Shown piece by piece: positions 1 through 13,310 of a stretch of DNA of 64,000 bases; the stretch's first letter is position 1, and every line of letters begins with the position of its first letter. Below the pieces are notes generated by a model. The model was given only the letters and a program-made list of their open reading frames with translations. It was not told the origin of the DNA and searched no databases. The position numbers and the translations under genes were made by a program. Location of the stretch: contig NC_043001.1 in the NCBI RefSeq assembly GCF_006345805.1, forward strand, positions 6,634,001 to 6,698,000, read 5' to 3'. The DNA comes from Octopus sinensis (lineage: Eukaryota).

Positions 1-281
1 AGGACAATCTAAGACACTTACCAGAATATTGGTATAGTGGAAATAAAATGGATATTCACGTGAGAAAATAAAACGTAAATCACAAATCAATACCGTAATC
101 GAACTGTATATCACGTACATTTATAGCTACTTCCTTTCATCTACATTTGACTTACACATACACATCTAGCACATAATATAATTTACAACAACCCATGATT
201 TCTTGTGTTTGACTAGCTTCAAAAACCAAAGTACTCAAGCTACCGCCACATACTGACCAACATCCAGTAGAAATTAGCGAA

Positions 282-390
282 AGACAGGCATGGCTTTATG
301 GTTAAGAATGATGCTAAAAGCACTTTGTCGTTTTCGGTTCAGTCCCACTGCGGGGTTACTTGAATCAGTGTATTCTAGCGAATCTTGGGG
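282..390 (+). mobile_element. Degenerate 5' head of tRNA-derived SINE family B
   Basis: ggcatggctttatggttaagaa...ggttcagtcccactgcg resembles the head of the better copy at 38594-38983 (ggttcagtcccactgcgtgg on its sense strand). Confidence 0.45.
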
Positions 391-1099
391 ACAAACAATA
401 ACCTGCGAGAACATTCGATCAATTGGGATTGCGTGGAATGACCTCGTATAATGCATCTACCTTCTTTGTTTTTTTTTTGTATATTTATTTATTTATTCAG
501 AGGCAGATATAAATATAACAACTTGGAGTTTTCCTAATAGAAATGATGTTGTAGACTCTCTAAATGTCTGTTTGTCTCTTGATTTGTTCTGGGGATTTAA
601 TTTTTATTTATGTTTAAAGAAGAAAGCGTAACAAACATTCATTTAATTTTCGATCGAGATGTCAATTTTCACGAAGAGTTTATAACGTCCAAAAGACAAA
701 CAAAACCATGTTTTGAAAACAAGTTTTAACTAGAAAAATTTGTAATATAATATTTCGAGTCCAGTGAAATATTTTCGTTTACGTATTCAAATATACATAT
801 ACATTCAATTTTCTCTATGCAGTCAGGTTTGAAAATATTTCACAGTACGCAAAATTCTACATTAACAAATCCTTTGAATTAATATTTCGGTTCAGTCGAA
901 ATTTCAGTTGCAATTTCAACTCAGTGACCTGTCTGTAATAACTTTCATGTCAGGCCACTAAAATAAGAAAGCAACCATTCCTTCTTGAAGCATAAATAAT
1001 GACTGATTCTACAGGATACTCAAAAGACTTGAAACATTGTAAACTGCATTCCACTCCAAATCCTTTTATATTTCTCTATGTTTTGCCTTTTAGGTGTTT

Positions 1100-1270
1100 T
1101 AAGCATTAGACTGTGACCATCCGGGAGCACTGCCTTGATGATTTTTTAGTCGAATGGATCAGCCCACAGTAGATAATTTCTAAACTTTGTACGTATTCTA
1201 TGGTTCCATATTGCCGAAGCATTGCGTAACGGGGACGCATACACGCCAACAACGGTTGTGAAGCGGTGTC
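1100..1270 (-). mobile_element. SINE family B, 3' half, degenerate
   Basis: gagcactgcc...ttagtcgaa...taacggggacgcatacacgccaacaacggttgtgaagcgg aligns by eye with the family B tail at 38600-38770. Confidence 0.6.
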
Positions 1271-1295
1271 TCGTTCAAAAACATACACATCCTTC

Positions 1296-1365
<70 letters not shown>

Positions 1366-1453
1366 TAATACATATATAATACATATGCCTATACACAAAC
1401 ATATGTGTACATACCTACATATATAAGTATATATACATGCATATATGTGCACA

Positions 1454-1729
1454 CGACGTCAAAAAACGTGAACAAAATGAAAAACGAGAACATAAAATAA
1501 CAAAAACAGGGAAAACGAGCTCCTTTTCGAAAAACCAAAGAGTCAAATAGAGAAAGGTGCCTCGTAACGCGGAGTAGATATAACAGGGCAAAACTGTTGA
1601 GGGGTGTTTTTTATGATGCCTTTCTCATTTCTCTGTTTGATTATTTCGTTCTTCGAAAAATGTTCGATTTCCCTATTTTCGTTTTTTATGTTTTCGTTTT
1701 TCATTTTGTTCAGGTTTGTTGGACGTCCT
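1454..1729. repeat. Foldback/MITE-like element with ~100-bp imperfect terminal inverted repeats
   Basis: Arm 1454-1557 (gacgtc...tgaacaaaatgaaaaacgagaacataaaa...agagaaa) is the approximate reverse complement of 1627-1729; the internal motif tcgtaacgcggagtagat recurs inverted near 45336-45353. Confidence 0.7.
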
Positions 1730-2199
1730 GTACGCATATATGCACGTACATATACATGTATATGTAGGTATGTGCATATGAGTATGTATATATGCATATA
1801 TGTATGCATATATATATATATATATATATATATGTGTTAATTTATTAAGAATAATTCAACTTAATATTCTTAACTTGAATATGTCATACCTGTGACGTCG
1901 TAATTTGATATTCCTCTATATATATATATAATATATATCTAATTTTTTATATGATCGAACACCACGCATCCATTTCCAAGTATATATATATATGTGTGTG
2001 TATATATATATATGTATATCTATATATTATATATATATATATATAAATATGTGTGTGTATATACACACATATTAACAGATGCATATATGACGTACTTTCA
2101 GTTTGTGTCCACTAAATCTAGTCCCAAGGCTTTGTTCGGACAGAGGATATAGGAGAAACTTTTTAATCAAATTGTCACGCATTGCGAGCGAAGCTAATC

Positions 2200-2830
2200 G
2201 CACATGGTTCAGAAGTAAACTTATTACCACACAGCCATACATGTGCATAAAAATATTGGTGTAAATATCTACAGAACAGTATTCCTACGATTAACTGAAC
2301 GATATGTTGTGAGTATGAGTTAAAACGTGCGTTATGTGTCTGCGGACCAAGAGGTGAAGCTTTCATGTGGCGAAAAAAATTAATGGTATTAGTAATATTG
2401 TGATAACATCATTTGCATAACGTGGAGAATATGGCACTAGCATTTCCCAAATAATCTTAACATTACAGTAAGTAATATCATCCAAGGCTGGGGATGTTTT
2501 GCATACACGACCTATACAATTCAGGCTCACAACACGTAAATTCACTGCTACACATTTTCTTTCCTCAACAGATGCAGCTCTATTTAGTATTATCCCAAAA
2601 TAATTTTAAAAAAAAGACATTTTCCATCATCTTCAATCGGAAACTGGACAGATGTCTTCAATGTAATATTAGATGAGCTATTTATATTTCGATAAGTCTC
2701 ACTAAAAAGACCCCAACATGAAAGTAAGATGATACCGCAAAACCTATTCCGTTCTATGTCAGTGTGTGCTATTATGTTAGACATGGTCTGGGCCAATTTA
2801 TGGCCGAAACGCATCGAAGTTCGCAAAGTT
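2200..2830 (-). pseudogene. Highly decayed Penelope-like RT fragment
   Basis: Minus ORF 2590-2826 contains NINSSSNI..SVQFPIEDDGKCLFF, resembling the Penelope RT motif LNxxHPxIQFTMExExxGKLPFLD; many stops. Confidence 0.35.
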
Positions 2831-3044
2831 ACTAAGTAATCGAGTAATCATTCCCCCCCACACACACACAATCACAAATGCTCGTGCAGAAGTATATATG
2901 TGTGTATATATATGTATATATGTATATATATATATTTATATATTTATATATATATATAAGTTTATTTTCGTAAACTTTCTCGTTATATATATATATACAC
3001 ATGTATATATATATATAAATACATATATAATATATATATATATG

Positions 3045-3076
<32 letters not shown>

Positions 3077-5138
3077 TAATATATATATATATGTAATATA
3101 TATAATACCTTTATATATATATATATATATACATACATGTACGAATATGTGTATATGTATAGATGTACATATAATTTCACATGGAGCAATGACTTATATA
3201 TAATACACGCTAATTACAATATATTTTGAAATATTCTGTGTTTCGGAATGTATTGATGAATTATTGAATATTTCAAAATATTTCTCTAAAGAAATATTTC
3301 CTGCTACATTAGAAAAATATGAAGCTTTATATTTAGATAAACAATATTTTTTGAAGCGGTTGCAATTTATTTTCCATATCAATGAGGTTTTTAAGAATTT
3401 AGTTTTTAAATATATTATTTAGAATTTTTATGAAATTTTCTGAACCTGAATATAAATCGCTATAGATTTACAACTACCCTAGAGCGATAGAAATGTTTTC
3501 TCCTACCGTATATCCTCTGGCAGTTTCGTTGATTTAATAGACTTAGTTAACTATTGTCAATAAATATTCGTTATTTTAATATGGAAAACTAATCTACAAA
3601 AAGTAATCAGATACCTCAAAGATAGAATTGTAAGTCAGAGACATAAATATGAACCGAAATGCCGAATGCTAAATGTGGTCCGTCAACTAATGAGAACAAT
3701 GCTTTGAGAAAAATTGGCTTGCACTAAAATTCCTTTTTAGATCTAACATGGAAGATCCTTGTCTAACGTAAACGAAGTAGAGGCAGGCGGGTCCCGTCAT
3801 GTGATCCACTATCCTCTGTGACTCTGATGATGAAACTTTATCAAATGTCCCCAGATCTTTTGTGTTTAACGTACGAGAAAATCCTCTGGTCTGAGGGAGG
3901 AATGTGTCTTAATTGACCAAACGGAAAAAAAACATTTTCTGAAGTAAAACCCAGTCAGAAAAGTCCAAGGTTTCTCAGCGAATCGAGGGCTTCATCAGGG
4001 ATAATCCCGCAAGTGAATGAGGGTCATTGGAAATGATTTCCCTCTGTCTTGGTCAGCGTCTGGACACGTGACGCTTGAAGTTCTCAGGTACAAGTACTAT
4101 GTTATGAGAAGCGCTTTCTGAAAAACCACAACTACCCTATATAACCCGTCATGTTCTATTTCTTCTTAGACAAGAACAATTTATCCAAGATCAAAACTAT
4201 GAAGTGGAATAACGAGGGACAACTTTGCGCCAGCCCCACGAATTTTCCCACTGCTATGCACGCCATGATTCTATCGTCTCTGGCGGTCATGAGGGGTCAC
4301 GGTATTATCATCAGTGCAGAGCCTACACCGAAATGGTGGAGACGATTGTCTAGACTAAAAATGAAAGAATTACTCGGAGATACTGCACATATCCAGCCAT
4401 ATTCTGCACGACCCAAGAGTCAGTGGTCTAAAATCTGATTCAAGTGCCCATAGACTACCACGTACAGAACGTCGCTGATAAGGAGATGACCAAGTATGTT
4501 TAATATACCAAGGCCGCATTGATATCTACTATTAGGGATGTTATGTTCAATATGAGAGCAGATCGATTGATCGATGCGTTTAGTCGTTTTAGAAGACGTA
4601 TCGAAGCAATAAACAAAGCTGATTAATTTTTTTACTCATAAATAATTTTTTTCTTAAATTGAAATTCTGTTCTCAAATGAGTAGAGCGCCCTCTGTCTGT
4701 CTATTTCCCTCTCTCTTTCTCTCTCACTTACTATGTCTCTCTCAATCTTTTTCTCTTTATTTTCTTGCTCGTGTTCTTTCTTTCTCTCTCTTTATTTTTC
4801 TCTATTTTTCTTTCCGTGTGTGTAGCAGAGTAAGCACATAAATGTCAAACGTTGAAATTGCAACTAAATTTTCGACTGAACCGAAATATTAATTCAAAGG
4901 ATTTGATAATATAGAGTTTTGCGTACTGTGAAATAAGTTCAAGCACATAAATGTTAAAAAGGGTGGGGAAATAGTACTCGAATACTGATGGTAGAATAGT
5001 ATGCTTTACTATTGAAGCTGCAAAAACATCAGAAAATATGACAAAAAACTGTTCCAATTCGTCCGACAAGCTTCAATAATAAAATAATAAATAGTATATA
5101 TATAAATCGCGGCCACAACTTGTGAGCTGAAACTAAAT

Positions 5139-5183
<45 letters not shown>

Positions 5184-5201
5184 GTGTGTGTGTGTATATA
5201 T

Positions 5202-5245
<44 letters not shown>

Positions 5246-5941
5246 TGTATGCACATCAAATGCTCGTAATATAAAATATATTCGATCGAATTTAATGAGG
5301 TGTGGTTAGTCTCCACCTTACACACATTACTAGTGAATTGTAACATTCTTTGGAGTCTACTTTGACGAAATGGAAACGTCTCCTGAAGTTAAAGAACCGA
5401 AAGTATACCTCGTTCCTTTTGTCGGATGTTTCAACCTTTTCTTGAAATACAATAAATATCCGTCACATCTACAGTTAGCAGCAGTTAGTAGCTTAGATTA
5501 TCATAGACTGAAGAATATACGAAAATATTATTTGTAATATAACAGTACGAACATAATCATATTTTATTTAAAAACAATACTAAGGTTGTTGAATACGTTT
5601 CTGTTAAGGAAGTAATCCTCGTATTACGATGTGCTAAAATGGATGCTGTAAATATTAATATATGTATTTAACATTCAAGAGGCACATCTAATATTCCTAA
5701 AATGTCATCCCTATAGCGACATGGCATTCCTGGAATGCTCAGGTGAAAAAATTTGATTTATATTTCGTTTCTGTTACGTATACCGAAATGCAGGTATATT
5801 TACTCGAGAGAACGCGGAGAGCTTGTGATAATTCTTTCATAATTATATGCCATCCACAAAAACACATTTGTCTTACGCTAACCGAATAAAGATTACAAAA
5901 GGTGGAAGAAATATAGCACTAAAAATAATGTTTGCAATATT

Positions 5942-6317
5942 TTTTCCTACTCTAGGCACAAGGCCCGAAATTCTTTGGGAAGGGGGCCAGTCGATTAGAT
6001 CTATCACAACTAGTGCTTAGTTTGCTGACCCCGAAAGGATGAAAGTAAAGTCGACCTCGGCGGAATTTCAACTCAGAACGTAAATACACGAAATACCTAT
6101 TTCTTGACTACCCACAAGGGGCTAAACACAAGGACAGACAGACGGATTAAGTTGATTATATCGATCCCAGTGTATAAATGGTACTTAATTTTTCGACCCC
6201 GAACGGATGAAAGGCAAAATCGACCTCGGCGGAATTTGAACTCAGAACGTAAATACAGACGAAATCCGGCTAAGCATTTCGACCGGCTCGTTAAAGTTCT
6301 TGCCACCGCGCCGCCTT
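5942..6317 (-). mobile_element. SINE family A head-to-tail heterodimer (full copy + 5'-truncated copy with variant tail)
   Basis: Two copies of gacctcggcggaattt(g/c)aactcagaacgtaaata joined at cgaaata|cctatttc; flanked by a 17-bp TSD ataatgtt(t/c)gcaa(t/c)att at 5925-5941 and 6318-6334. Confidence 0.85.
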
Positions 6318-6624
6318 ATAATGTTCGCAACATTGAAAATAAAGAGTTATTTTGATAGTTTTAAAATTATAACAGTAATTTTGTGTTGTTTGTTATCTAT
6401 GTCTAACAGTGTTCGTCGTTCCCAAGTAGAAAATACAAAAATATCGGGAATACTATTTTGAAAATCACTTCAATTAACCTATACATATTAAGTTAATCTA
6501 CAGTTATATATTCATATATGTTTCCATAAAAAAATATCATAGGACGATTGAAGATAAAATATTACTCTATTTAACTGCATTGTTGTTTATATTAGTAGAA
6601 AAAAAATTCTATTTTCTTTACGTA

Positions 6625-6842
6625 ATAATCCTTGCTACTACAGACACAAGGCCTCAAATGATGAAAGAGGGGACCGGTCGATTACATGGACCCCAGTGTT
6701 TCACTGGTACTTAATTTATGTACTCCGGAAAGTTAAAGTGCAAAATGGACGTAGGCCGAATTTGAACTCAGAGATTAGCGACTGGCGGAATACTGCAAAG
6801 CGGTTTGCCCGGCATTCTAAAGATTCTGTCATTTCGCCGCCC
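6625..6842 (-). mobile_element. SINE family A, variant-tail copy, diverged
   Basis: cacaaggcctcaaat...gtcgattacatggaccccagtgtttcactggtacttaatt...gaatttgaactcaga...ttcgccgcc. Confidence 0.75.
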
Positions 6843-7109
6843 GTAACAATGCCACAGTGATAATGCTCAGAACGTAAAGAGAAAATAATAATGTATAGAT
6901 CTAGTGTGGATGAGAAAAATTGGCTAAGGGCAAAATATATCAGCCTCAATGCATTGAGCCCTTAAGAATTACCCAACGAGGAAATTGTATTTTAATCATT
7001 GATGTCAGGAATACGAAGTATTTATTCAACAGAAGAGGTCAATAGTGAAAACCTACGAATTTTCAAAATTCTCGCAAAGATGAATCGTGTATTTCTTCAA
7101 GGCGCCAAG

Positions 7110-8320
7110 CGCAGGTACGATTCTGAAGTTAAGAGGTTTGCTTCCCGACCACGTGGTTTCAGGTTCAAGCTTACTGCGCAACTCCATAGACCGACAGCAT
7201 CTTTGTAAAGCAGTGTTCGGCAGGTGGAATCTATGTGGATTGGTCATATGTATGCACGTGGCTATATCTGTATCTGTGTATGTTTGTGTGTGAGTGTATG
7301 TGTGTGAGTGTGTGTGTGTGAGGGTGTGTGTGTGTGCGTGTAGGTGTGGGTGAATGTGCATGTGTATGTATGTGTGCGTGGTGTGTGTGTGTGTACGTGT
7401 GAATGGTGTGTGGGTGTTCACGTGTGTGAAGGTGTGTTTGTGCGTCTATGTGTGTGTTTGCGTTTATGTGTTTATGTTTCAGTGAATATACGTGTATGCG
7501 CCTGTATGTGTGTGTGAATGTGTGTGTGTATGTGTGTGTGCATGTGTGAGTGTATGTGTGTGTCTGTTTGTGTATGTCCGTGTATGTATGTGGGAGTTTT
7601 TGAATGTGTGTGTGTGTATGTGTGTGTGCATGTGTGAGTGTATGTGTGTGTCTGTTTGTGTATGTCCGTGTATGTATGTGGGAGTTTTTGAATGTGTATG
7701 TGTGTGCGCGCGTGCATGCGTGAATATTTGCGCGCGCGTGTGTGAGTGATCTTGTCTGCATGAATATGTGTGTGAGTTTCTGTGGGTGTATATGTGTGTA
7801 CGTGTATGTTTGTGTTTGGGTGTAGGTGTGTGTTAGTGTGAGTGTATGTGTGAGTGTATGTGCGTGTATGTGTATGTGTGTGTGCGCGCGTGCATATGTG
7901 TGAGAGTGTCTATGCGTAAGTGAGTGGCGTGCGCATGCATGTGTGTGTATGTGTGAGCGTGTACGCGAGTGTGGGTGAGTGTGTACGGGAGCGTGTGTGA
8001 GCGCATGTGTCTGCGTGCATGTGTGTTTGAGTGGTGCATGTGTATGTGAGAGTCTGTGTGTGTGTGCGCGCGTACGTGCATGCACGAGTTTCAATGTATT
8101 TCCACTTCGAATTTGCGTATCTCTTTCTCCTCACAAACAGGTTTCCTTTCTATATACGCCCCTGTAACTTAACGATTCGGCAAGAGAACCCCATCGACTT
8201 AATCCCACACTTAAGGACAAAAATAAACCTATTGCTGTCGATTTTTTGATTAAATCACTTAAAAGCAGTGCTCCAGCATGGTCCTAGTTCACAGAGGGAA
8301 ACAAGTAACGGATAAAAGAA
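7110..8320 (+). mobile_element. SINE family B whose internal microsatellite has expanded to ~850 bp of GT-rich repeat
   Basis: Head (gttaagaggtttgcttcccgaccacgtggtttcaggttcaag) at ~7110-7240; GT-rich array ~7240-8095; tail (cctgtaacttaacgattcggcaa...gcagtgctccagcatgg...gaaacaagtaa) at ~8150-8320. Confidence 0.65.
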
Positions 8321-8519
8321 AAATCCTTCCTAAACGAAATATAAAACAACTGTATTAATCGGTCGTATGGACACGCCCCCCCCTCGCCCCCGAAAATACA
8401 TTTGTTTATGTTTTCTTTTACTTAATAACCATTTATTTCTCGAAGAAACAATTTAAGATCTAATGTCGTTAGTTAAGTGGATAAAAAAATATTCAAAAAT
8501 AATTCTTTAGTATTTCATT

Positions 8520-9201
8520 CTTTGAATAACAGAATTTATATTACGGGTCGCGAGCGCTAAGTATTTTGCGTCGCTCTTTAATTTAGGGTGTTTATTTAAG
8601 ACTTTTTTAAAAAGGTCATTGATACATTAAGAGTACATTTTATCCAGACGACGCCTTCATATTTGCGATTAATCTATAACATTTCCCACAAATATGCTTT
8701 ACTTCAGATGTAAATTCATACTAACCTAATATTTCAAAATTCTTTCGTCACTATAATTTTTCTTAAGATATGTCATCACGTAGATATTTTGGAACAATTT
8801 CATCTTTAGTAGGAAATACATTGATTCTATATCATAGCTTGCTACAAGATATTTCCAAAACTACTAACTTGTGAAGGACTTCAGTAAACTTATGAGTTGG
8901 TCAGGTGTCGATAAACACCTTATCATTTCTCAGGCAATCTCTTCTAACCTTAAAATTTGGTGATGACTCTTTTGCAGAAACGCTCCAGAAGTTTAACTGA
9001 AACTGTACATAATGTTTCAAAGGAATATCAGAAGACATTTAAAGTATACTTTAAGAATAATTTCCGTTGAGATAATAGTTAATTTGGTTCTAGGCAGTGT
9101 TGTGCAAACCGTGTGTCATGTATAATGTATTTATGCGAATGTGTGTATGCATGTATAATTGTTTTCATATGTATACATACACACTCACACATACACACCT
9201 A

Positions 9202-9242
<41 letters not shown>

Positions 9243-10250
9243 CACACACGTATATATTTCTACACGCATATATACATACACACAGAATGTGACAGACAAA
9301 ACGTATTCATTCAAGGGTATACCTACATGGATACATACACGCACCTAACAATGTATATATATATGTATGTGTGTGTGTGTGTGATACGTAAATATATGTA
9401 TATGTATATATGTTCTTATATCTGTGCAAAAGCATGTATATGATCACATTACGATTATTGAACGTATGTATAAAAATATATCTAACTGCAAGGAAGATGA
9501 TATCTATAAAATTAAAATAAAATGGAAATGAATTAGGCGGATAGAGTTTGAATGCGTTGAGTTTAATTGAAGTATGCAAGTGGTTGGGAGATATAATTAG
9601 ATGAGACATGAAAGTTTTCCTGCGGGTGATGAAATAATCTGGATGTATCGAGAGTAGATAATTAAAATCAAATAAGTTAGCAGAGATATTTTGTGAAATG
9701 GTTAGTTCAAAAGTTAGCATGATTTAAATTGTAGAGGAGGTGACTGTCGTCTGCTATAAAAGATTATGTACGTCAACCGTCTGGCAGTTAAGTGGATTAT
9801 CAAAAGCTATCTGAAAACGATGAAAATATATGGCGGTAATTATGGAAAAAGAGAACGATAAGTCTGTTTATTGAAGCATTAAAATATATAGTGTGTCTGC
9901 TCAGACACTTCAGTAAGTTTGAAAACTTTGAAACGCTATGGATGAGATTGGAACGGCATAACAGATTTTCTCACATTAAACATATTTGAATTGCAATTAA
10001 TGGATTCATTGAAAGAAGTGCAATTTTATGAGTCTCTTTGAAATTAATATCAAAGTCTACCTCTGCAAATATTTGGTAACCAAAATTAAATATTCATTAA
10101 GTAAAGCCTGATTGAGATGATTGCCTCCCTTTGAAATATCGTGTTTACAAATATAATAAGCCAAAGAAAACAAAAGTAGTCGAAACTTAGAATGTAACTA
10201 ATTTTTCGCGAACATAAACTTAAGTGAAGTTCAGAAAAATTTCGTAATAT
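8520..10250 (-). pseudogene. Possible decayed Penelope-like element interrupted by microsatellite
   Basis: Minus-strand peptides FNKQTY, NHLHTSIKLN..NSFPF (cf. LNSLHPSIKFT..NSLPFLD) and NVFPTKDEIVPKYLR (cf. FPxKDxIPxxLRSxVVY), in the expected order; similarity judged by eye. Confidence 0.3.
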
Positions 10251-12189
10251 GTTATTGAATGCAAATTTCCTACTTAATATTTTATACACCTCATATTATA
10301 TATAAATATATAACATATGAGGTTTGGTTTTGTACATGGTATGTGGCTGTATGCATAATCACATTTAGACACATGTGCAAGAAAATAATTATAGTTTGGT
10401 AAAAAAATATTTCTCCAGTGTAATTATATATATATAGTTAACTCTTAGTATATACACGTGAAAGTACAAAGAAATACAGTCACACACACACACACTCAGA
10501 GGTGCATATACACATATAAATATATATGTATATATATTGATTCAAATGTATATATATACATATATACATATATATAGATAGATATATACATATATACATA
10601 AGTATTATAGATATACATATATATATGTATATATATATATATATATGTATATATAAATATATATAGATATATCCAGATATACATATATACATATGCATAT
10701 ATATATAGATACATATATATGTACGTATATGTATATTCATACATGATGCACACATACCTACATATATATATATAAGTCAGACTTCAAAATACCAAATGAA
10801 CCAAAGTGAATAGTATGACAGAGGCGACAAAATAACTTGTGAAAGGATTCAAACTATATTCCGCGTTGTGTCACTAATGAGGAATATATCTCGTATCTAA
10901 GTGGCCCTATATTTTGGAAGGAAGGGAAGTTTAGCATCTCAGCAAAAAACCAAAATGTAAAAATAAGCAAGACGAATGAAAATATACGAAATAAAAAAAT
11001 ATTACCTATGTACCATTGGTTTCACTTGTTAATGTTTACGTATATGAACACACGAACATCTGCAAGATCATCAGCATAGTCTGTCGTTTACAAAACACAA
11101 TTTCTAGAACTAGATACAGAATGCTCAACCGAAATCCAGCATGTATAATTTTCCACATTTTATATATATAAGTGTATCTTTCAAATGTCTACACTTTGGC
11201 GCGCTGAGATTGGAGACTACTCTGCAGTTAATAAACTACAGCAGTCAATTTACCGGTTAGAGAACATTTTTTATTGAAAATTAAATAAGGGTAGAAATTG
11301 ATATTAATCAATTAAACTAGTGGCTTAGCATATTTGAAAAAAATTCGAAGATTAAAAATTGTTTTAGATACAAAATTTAGAGGACTGACCACTAAAAGTG
11401 GACAGTCTATATGCTAAACATAGACGTCAAATCGCCATTACCACGAAGAATGTGTTCTCAAGAAAGATGTCAGCAAAAAGCCAAGATGTAAAAATAAGCA
11501 AGACAAATGAAAATATACGAAATAAATGCTTCTTACTATTCAGTGATATTTAAATGTGTTGATACGAAGTACAAAAATATTCATGTCACTAACGATTTGA
11601 AAAGATTGGTTATGAAATTTGCATTATTTAACTAACTTTATGTGAATGAAATGTACGTAAGATGTAGCAACTATATAATTTCTAAGCTGTCTATCATATT
11701 CTCTGTGTGTCTATCTGTCTGTCTGTCTATCTATCTATCCATCTATCTGTCTCTCTCTCTCTATATATATATATGCATATATGAGTGTACGTGTATGAAT
11801 GTGCGTGTACGTGTACGTGTGTGTGCGTATATGTATGAATTTGTATGTATCTAAGTAAAAACCTATATACACAAATGAAGGCACACGCTCTCACGCACAG
11901 TAAATCATATTTTTAAACCATTCTTATTTTTACTCTCAAGTGGTATTTCAGAGAAATATCTCGGCTCATATTTCATACATAACAGACGTCCATAAAATAT
12001 CTAAAATCAATTACATTATGTCAAAACATAAGTTGAAACGAAAGACAAAGAGAGAATGATTCAAGAGTGACGGAAATTGTTATCGAATAACCTTTAAGTT
12101 ATATTAGACGCCTTAGATGTAGAATATATTCTCCAATGTATATAGAAACCCAAAATTATTATGCGCATGTACACGTCTATATTCATCAG

Positions 12190-12295
12190 GCATGGATGTG
12201 TAAGAAGAAAGCTTCCCAATCACAAGGTTTTAGGTTCAGTTCCGGTGCCTGGGCAAGTGTGTACGGCTATAACACTGAGGACCTGGTCAAGGCTC
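12190..12295 (+). mobile_element. SINE family B 5' head fragment
   Basis: aagcttcccaatcacaaggttttaggttcagttcc...cctgggcaagtgt...ctataac matches the family B head. Confidence 0.6.
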
Positions 12296-12364
12296 GAATT
12301 GTATTAATCTTAGAATGGACTATTTCTCAGCCTTAAACTGTTACTCCATCTCTTTTGACGATAT

Positions 12365-12655
12365 AGTTTTCCGTTGATGCGACCAATGAAACAAACTGAA
12401 CAGGAAATTAACATGCAAGTGGCTGAGTATTCCTGAAGCAAGCCTGCTCTAAGCGTAGCCCTCAGGAATATACAGCGTGACACAGAATATTACAGGGTTA
12501 ACCTCTTGACTTACGCGTGCAACTCGTTTTTGCTAACTGAAGCGACGTCAAATTAAGTGCCTTGCTCAAGGACACGGCATTCTGCCACGAATGGAAATCA
12601 CGATCTTAAGAGCTCGAGCCGAATACCCTATCCATTAAGACACGAACATTTATTA
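12365..12655 (-). mobile_element. SINE family C-related copy with a different head (gtgtccttgagcaaggcactt)
   Basis: aaattaacatgcaagtggctgag...cagcgtgacacaga matches the family C tail at 62545-62640; the head region contains aagtgccttgctcaaggacac and a degenerate tRNA-like end. Confidence 0.55.
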
Positions 12656-12853
12656 AGACCAACAGCATTGATTATCCTGTAAAATGTTTTAATATATTTT
12701 ATGCAGGCTTTGGAGGTCAGCGTACGAAGAGAGGAATACAAAAATATGTTTAAGTTGAATGTAGGTCAAGTCTAATGAATGCCATTCAGAACAAGTTATG
12801 TATTGGATAAGTACGTAGATAATGATATACATATGTATGTGTGTGTGTTTGTG

Positions 12854-12898
<45 letters not shown>

Positions 12899-13102
12899 AT
12901 GTGTATGTGTGTGTGTGCGCGTGTATGTGAAAGCATACACAATTTTAAGTGAATAAATAGCTTTACAATTTGCCTATTTCATTGTGAAATACACTATATT
13001 TTATTGATTTGAAACTTTGAATGATATTTCAAATCTATAAATATTTATTTACCCAAAAATCTCAATTCAGTTTCAGTATATATATATATCTCTCTCTTTC
13101 TT

Positions 13103-13134
<32 letters not shown>

Positions 13135-13270
13135 AATCTATCTATCTACATAGATATTTGCATATATATAAATGTATATATAGGCATATATGCATACACA
13201 CACATAGATTGATAGATTTGATAGATAAAGAGCTAGATAGTTAGATAGATAAATTGACTGATATATATAT

Positions 13271-13310
<40 letters not shown>

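Noticed and set aside
3958-4005. Minus-strand CTGATGAAG...GAAAC spacing suggestive of a hammerhead
   Set aside because: Stem II does not close next to GAAA, there is no NUH triplet (GGAC), and stem I cannot pair
4151-4438. 95-aa ORF in a GC-richer block (3750-4500)
   Set aside because: No recognisable domain or splice context; probably old TE debris but could not be assigned
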